Positions 9,937-11,019 of a stretch of DNA of 11,019 nucleotides are shown one piece after another. A program made the position numbers and the translations under genes. The DNA comes from Methanothrix sp. (GTDB lineage Archaea > Halobacteriota > Methanosarcinia > Methanotrichales > Methanotrichaceae), in assembly GCA_037128175.1 (NCBI GenBank), contig JBAXWY010000064.1, positions 1 to 11,019 of the forward strand, given 5' to 3'. Positions within the stretch are counted from its first letter, which is position 1; each line of letters starts with the position of its first letter. The notes beneath the pieces are model-generated. The model did not search any database and was not told the DNA's origin. It saw only the letters and a list, made by a program, of their open reading frames with translations.

Positions 9937-10467
9937 ATGCGCGCACTCTACATTGGGCGCTTCCAGCCCTATCACCTGGGGCATCAGGCGGTTTTGGAGA
10001 AGATCGCAAAGGAGGTAGAGGAGATTGTGATAGTAATCGGCAGCGCCCAGGAGAGCCACACTTCCGAGAATCCCTTCACAGGCGGCGAGAGGATGGAGAT
10101 GATCTATGCAGCTTTAAGCGAAAGCGATCTGAGAGAGCGCTGCATCGTCACGCCTTTGCAGGATATCAAACGAAACTCGGTATGGGCCTCTCACCTGCAA
10201 TCCATGGTGCCTCGCTTTGATGTGGTCTATTCCAATAATCCTCTGGTGGTTCTGCTCATCGGTGAAGCGGGCATTCAGATAAGAAAGCCGCCCATGTACC
10301 AGAGAGACCTGTACTCCGGTACAGCCATCCGCAAGCTGATTAGGGAGAACGGCGAATGGTCCGGGCTGGTGCCAGCCGCGGTGGTGTCATTCATAATGGA
10401 GAACGGCGGCGTGGAGCGTCTGATTTCAGTGTCCAAGAGCGACAGCCCGATGGGTGACAGCTTTTAG
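9937..10467 (+). CDS. nadM: Nicotinamide-nucleotide adenylyltransferase (archaeal NadM)
   Basis: MRALYIGRFQPYHLGH (HxGH motif), IGSAQESH..NPFTGGER and SGTAIR. RBS-like aggtgga at 9920-9926 precedes ATG 9937. Confidence 0.93.
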   Translation: MRALYIGRFQPYHLGHQAVLEKIAKEVEEIVIVIGSAQESHTSENPFTGGERMEMIYAALSESDLRERCIVTPLQDIKRNSVWASHLQSMVPRFDVVYSNNPLVVLLIGEAGIQIRKPPMYQRDLYSGTAIRKLIRENGEWSGLVPAAVVSFIMENGGVERLISVSKSDSPMGDSF

Positions 10468-10481
10468 CATTTGTCTTACCC

Positions 10482-10498
10482 AGGCAAAGAGATATAAT
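10482..10498 (+). promoter_or_regulatory. BRE/TATA promoter for a probably leaderless acylphosphatase transcript
   Basis: aggcaaaga followed by gATATAAt (10491-10498), about 24 nt upstream of ATG 10521, with no SD in between. Confidence 0.5.
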
Positions 10499-10520
10499 GT
10501 AAGAAACAAATTATAAATGG

Positions 10521-11019
10521 ATGAGAAGACTGACTGCCTTTATCTCAGGAACGGTCCAGAAGACTGGCTATCGAGCAAAGGTAGTAAACCTGGCAAATTT
10601 CCTTGGACTGAATGGATTTGTTCAAAACCTTCCCGACAACAGAGTAAAGGTTGTGGCCGAAGGTGATGAGTCTGCCCTGGAGCGTTTTATCAATGATTTA
10701 AGGATCAAAGATTCTCTGATCTATGTGCATGACATCGAAATTAATTACACTTCAGCCATGGGAGACTTCATAAGATTTGAAAAGATGGTCGCCGAAGGTG
10801 AAACTGATCAACGCTTGGACAAAGCAGCGGAACTGCTCAGTGATCTAATAGTTGTCAACAAGCAGATTGTCGCCCAATTAATAATAAATAATGAGGAGAT
10901 CAAGGGTGTCCGCGAAGAGGTCAAGGGTTCTCGCGAAGACATACGATCCGTTTATGAAGAAGTGAAGGGTGTCCGCGAAGAGGTCAAGGGTTCTCGCGAA
11001 GACATACGATCCGTTTATG
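10521..11019 (+). CDS. Acylphosphatase domain fused to a heptad-repeat coiled coil, 3'-truncated by the window edge
   Basis: Hand translation: MRRLTAFISGTVQKTGYRAKVVNLANFLGLNGFVQNLPDNRVKVVAEGDESALERFINDL... The G-x-VQxxGYR and GFVQNLPD motifs retain the catalytic Arg and Asn. The frame stays open to the window end, so it is missing from the ORF track. Confidence 0.88.
   Translation, partial: MRRLTAFISGTVQKTGYRAKVVNLANFLGLNGFVQNLPDNRVKVVAEGDESALERFINDLRIKDSLIYVHDIEINYTSAMGDFIRFEKMVAEGETDQRLDKAAELLSDLIVVNKQIVAQLIINNEEIKGVREEVKGSREDIRSVYEEVKGVREEVKGSREDIRSVY
10902..11019 (+). repeat. 63-nt perfect tandem repeat (3 x 21-nt sub-units) encoding heptads
   Basis: aagggtgtccgcgaagaggtcaagggttctcgcgaagacatacgatccgtttatg occurs at 10902 and again at 10965 (55 nt identical up to the window end). 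It encodes EE(I/V)KGVR-EEVKGSR-EDIRSVY. Confidence 0.93.

Overview
Archaeal methanogen DNA, most consistent with a Methanosarcinia/Methanothrix-like genome (inferred from the Mer and FpoO-type genes, the TPR array and the acylphosphatase-coiled-coil gene). All convincing genes are on the + strand. In order: 3' part of a 102-nt tandem-repeat TPR gene; M20 (ArgE/DapE-like) metallopeptidase; stand-alone MobB-like P-loop protein; a 58-aa FpoO-like CxxC/CxxC mini-protein missing from the ORF track; a membrane-anchored OB-fold protein; a 1623-aa low-GC multi-TM + TPR protein with a very AT-rich central segment; a ~217-nt three-frame remnant of a DUF62 (SAM hydroxide adenosyltransferase / chlorinase-fluorinase family) gene, also missing from the ORF track; mer; nadM; and a 3'-truncated acylphosphatase fused to a heptad-repeat coiled coil. 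I saw no rRNA, tRNA, CRISPR array or transposase. The most notable items are the orphan half-size FpoO, the collapsed DUF62 pseudogene that still carries the mer RBS, the giant mosaic TM-TPR gene, and the TPR array with variable residues and repeated N-x-S sequons. All family assignments come from motif recognition by eye; no searches were run.
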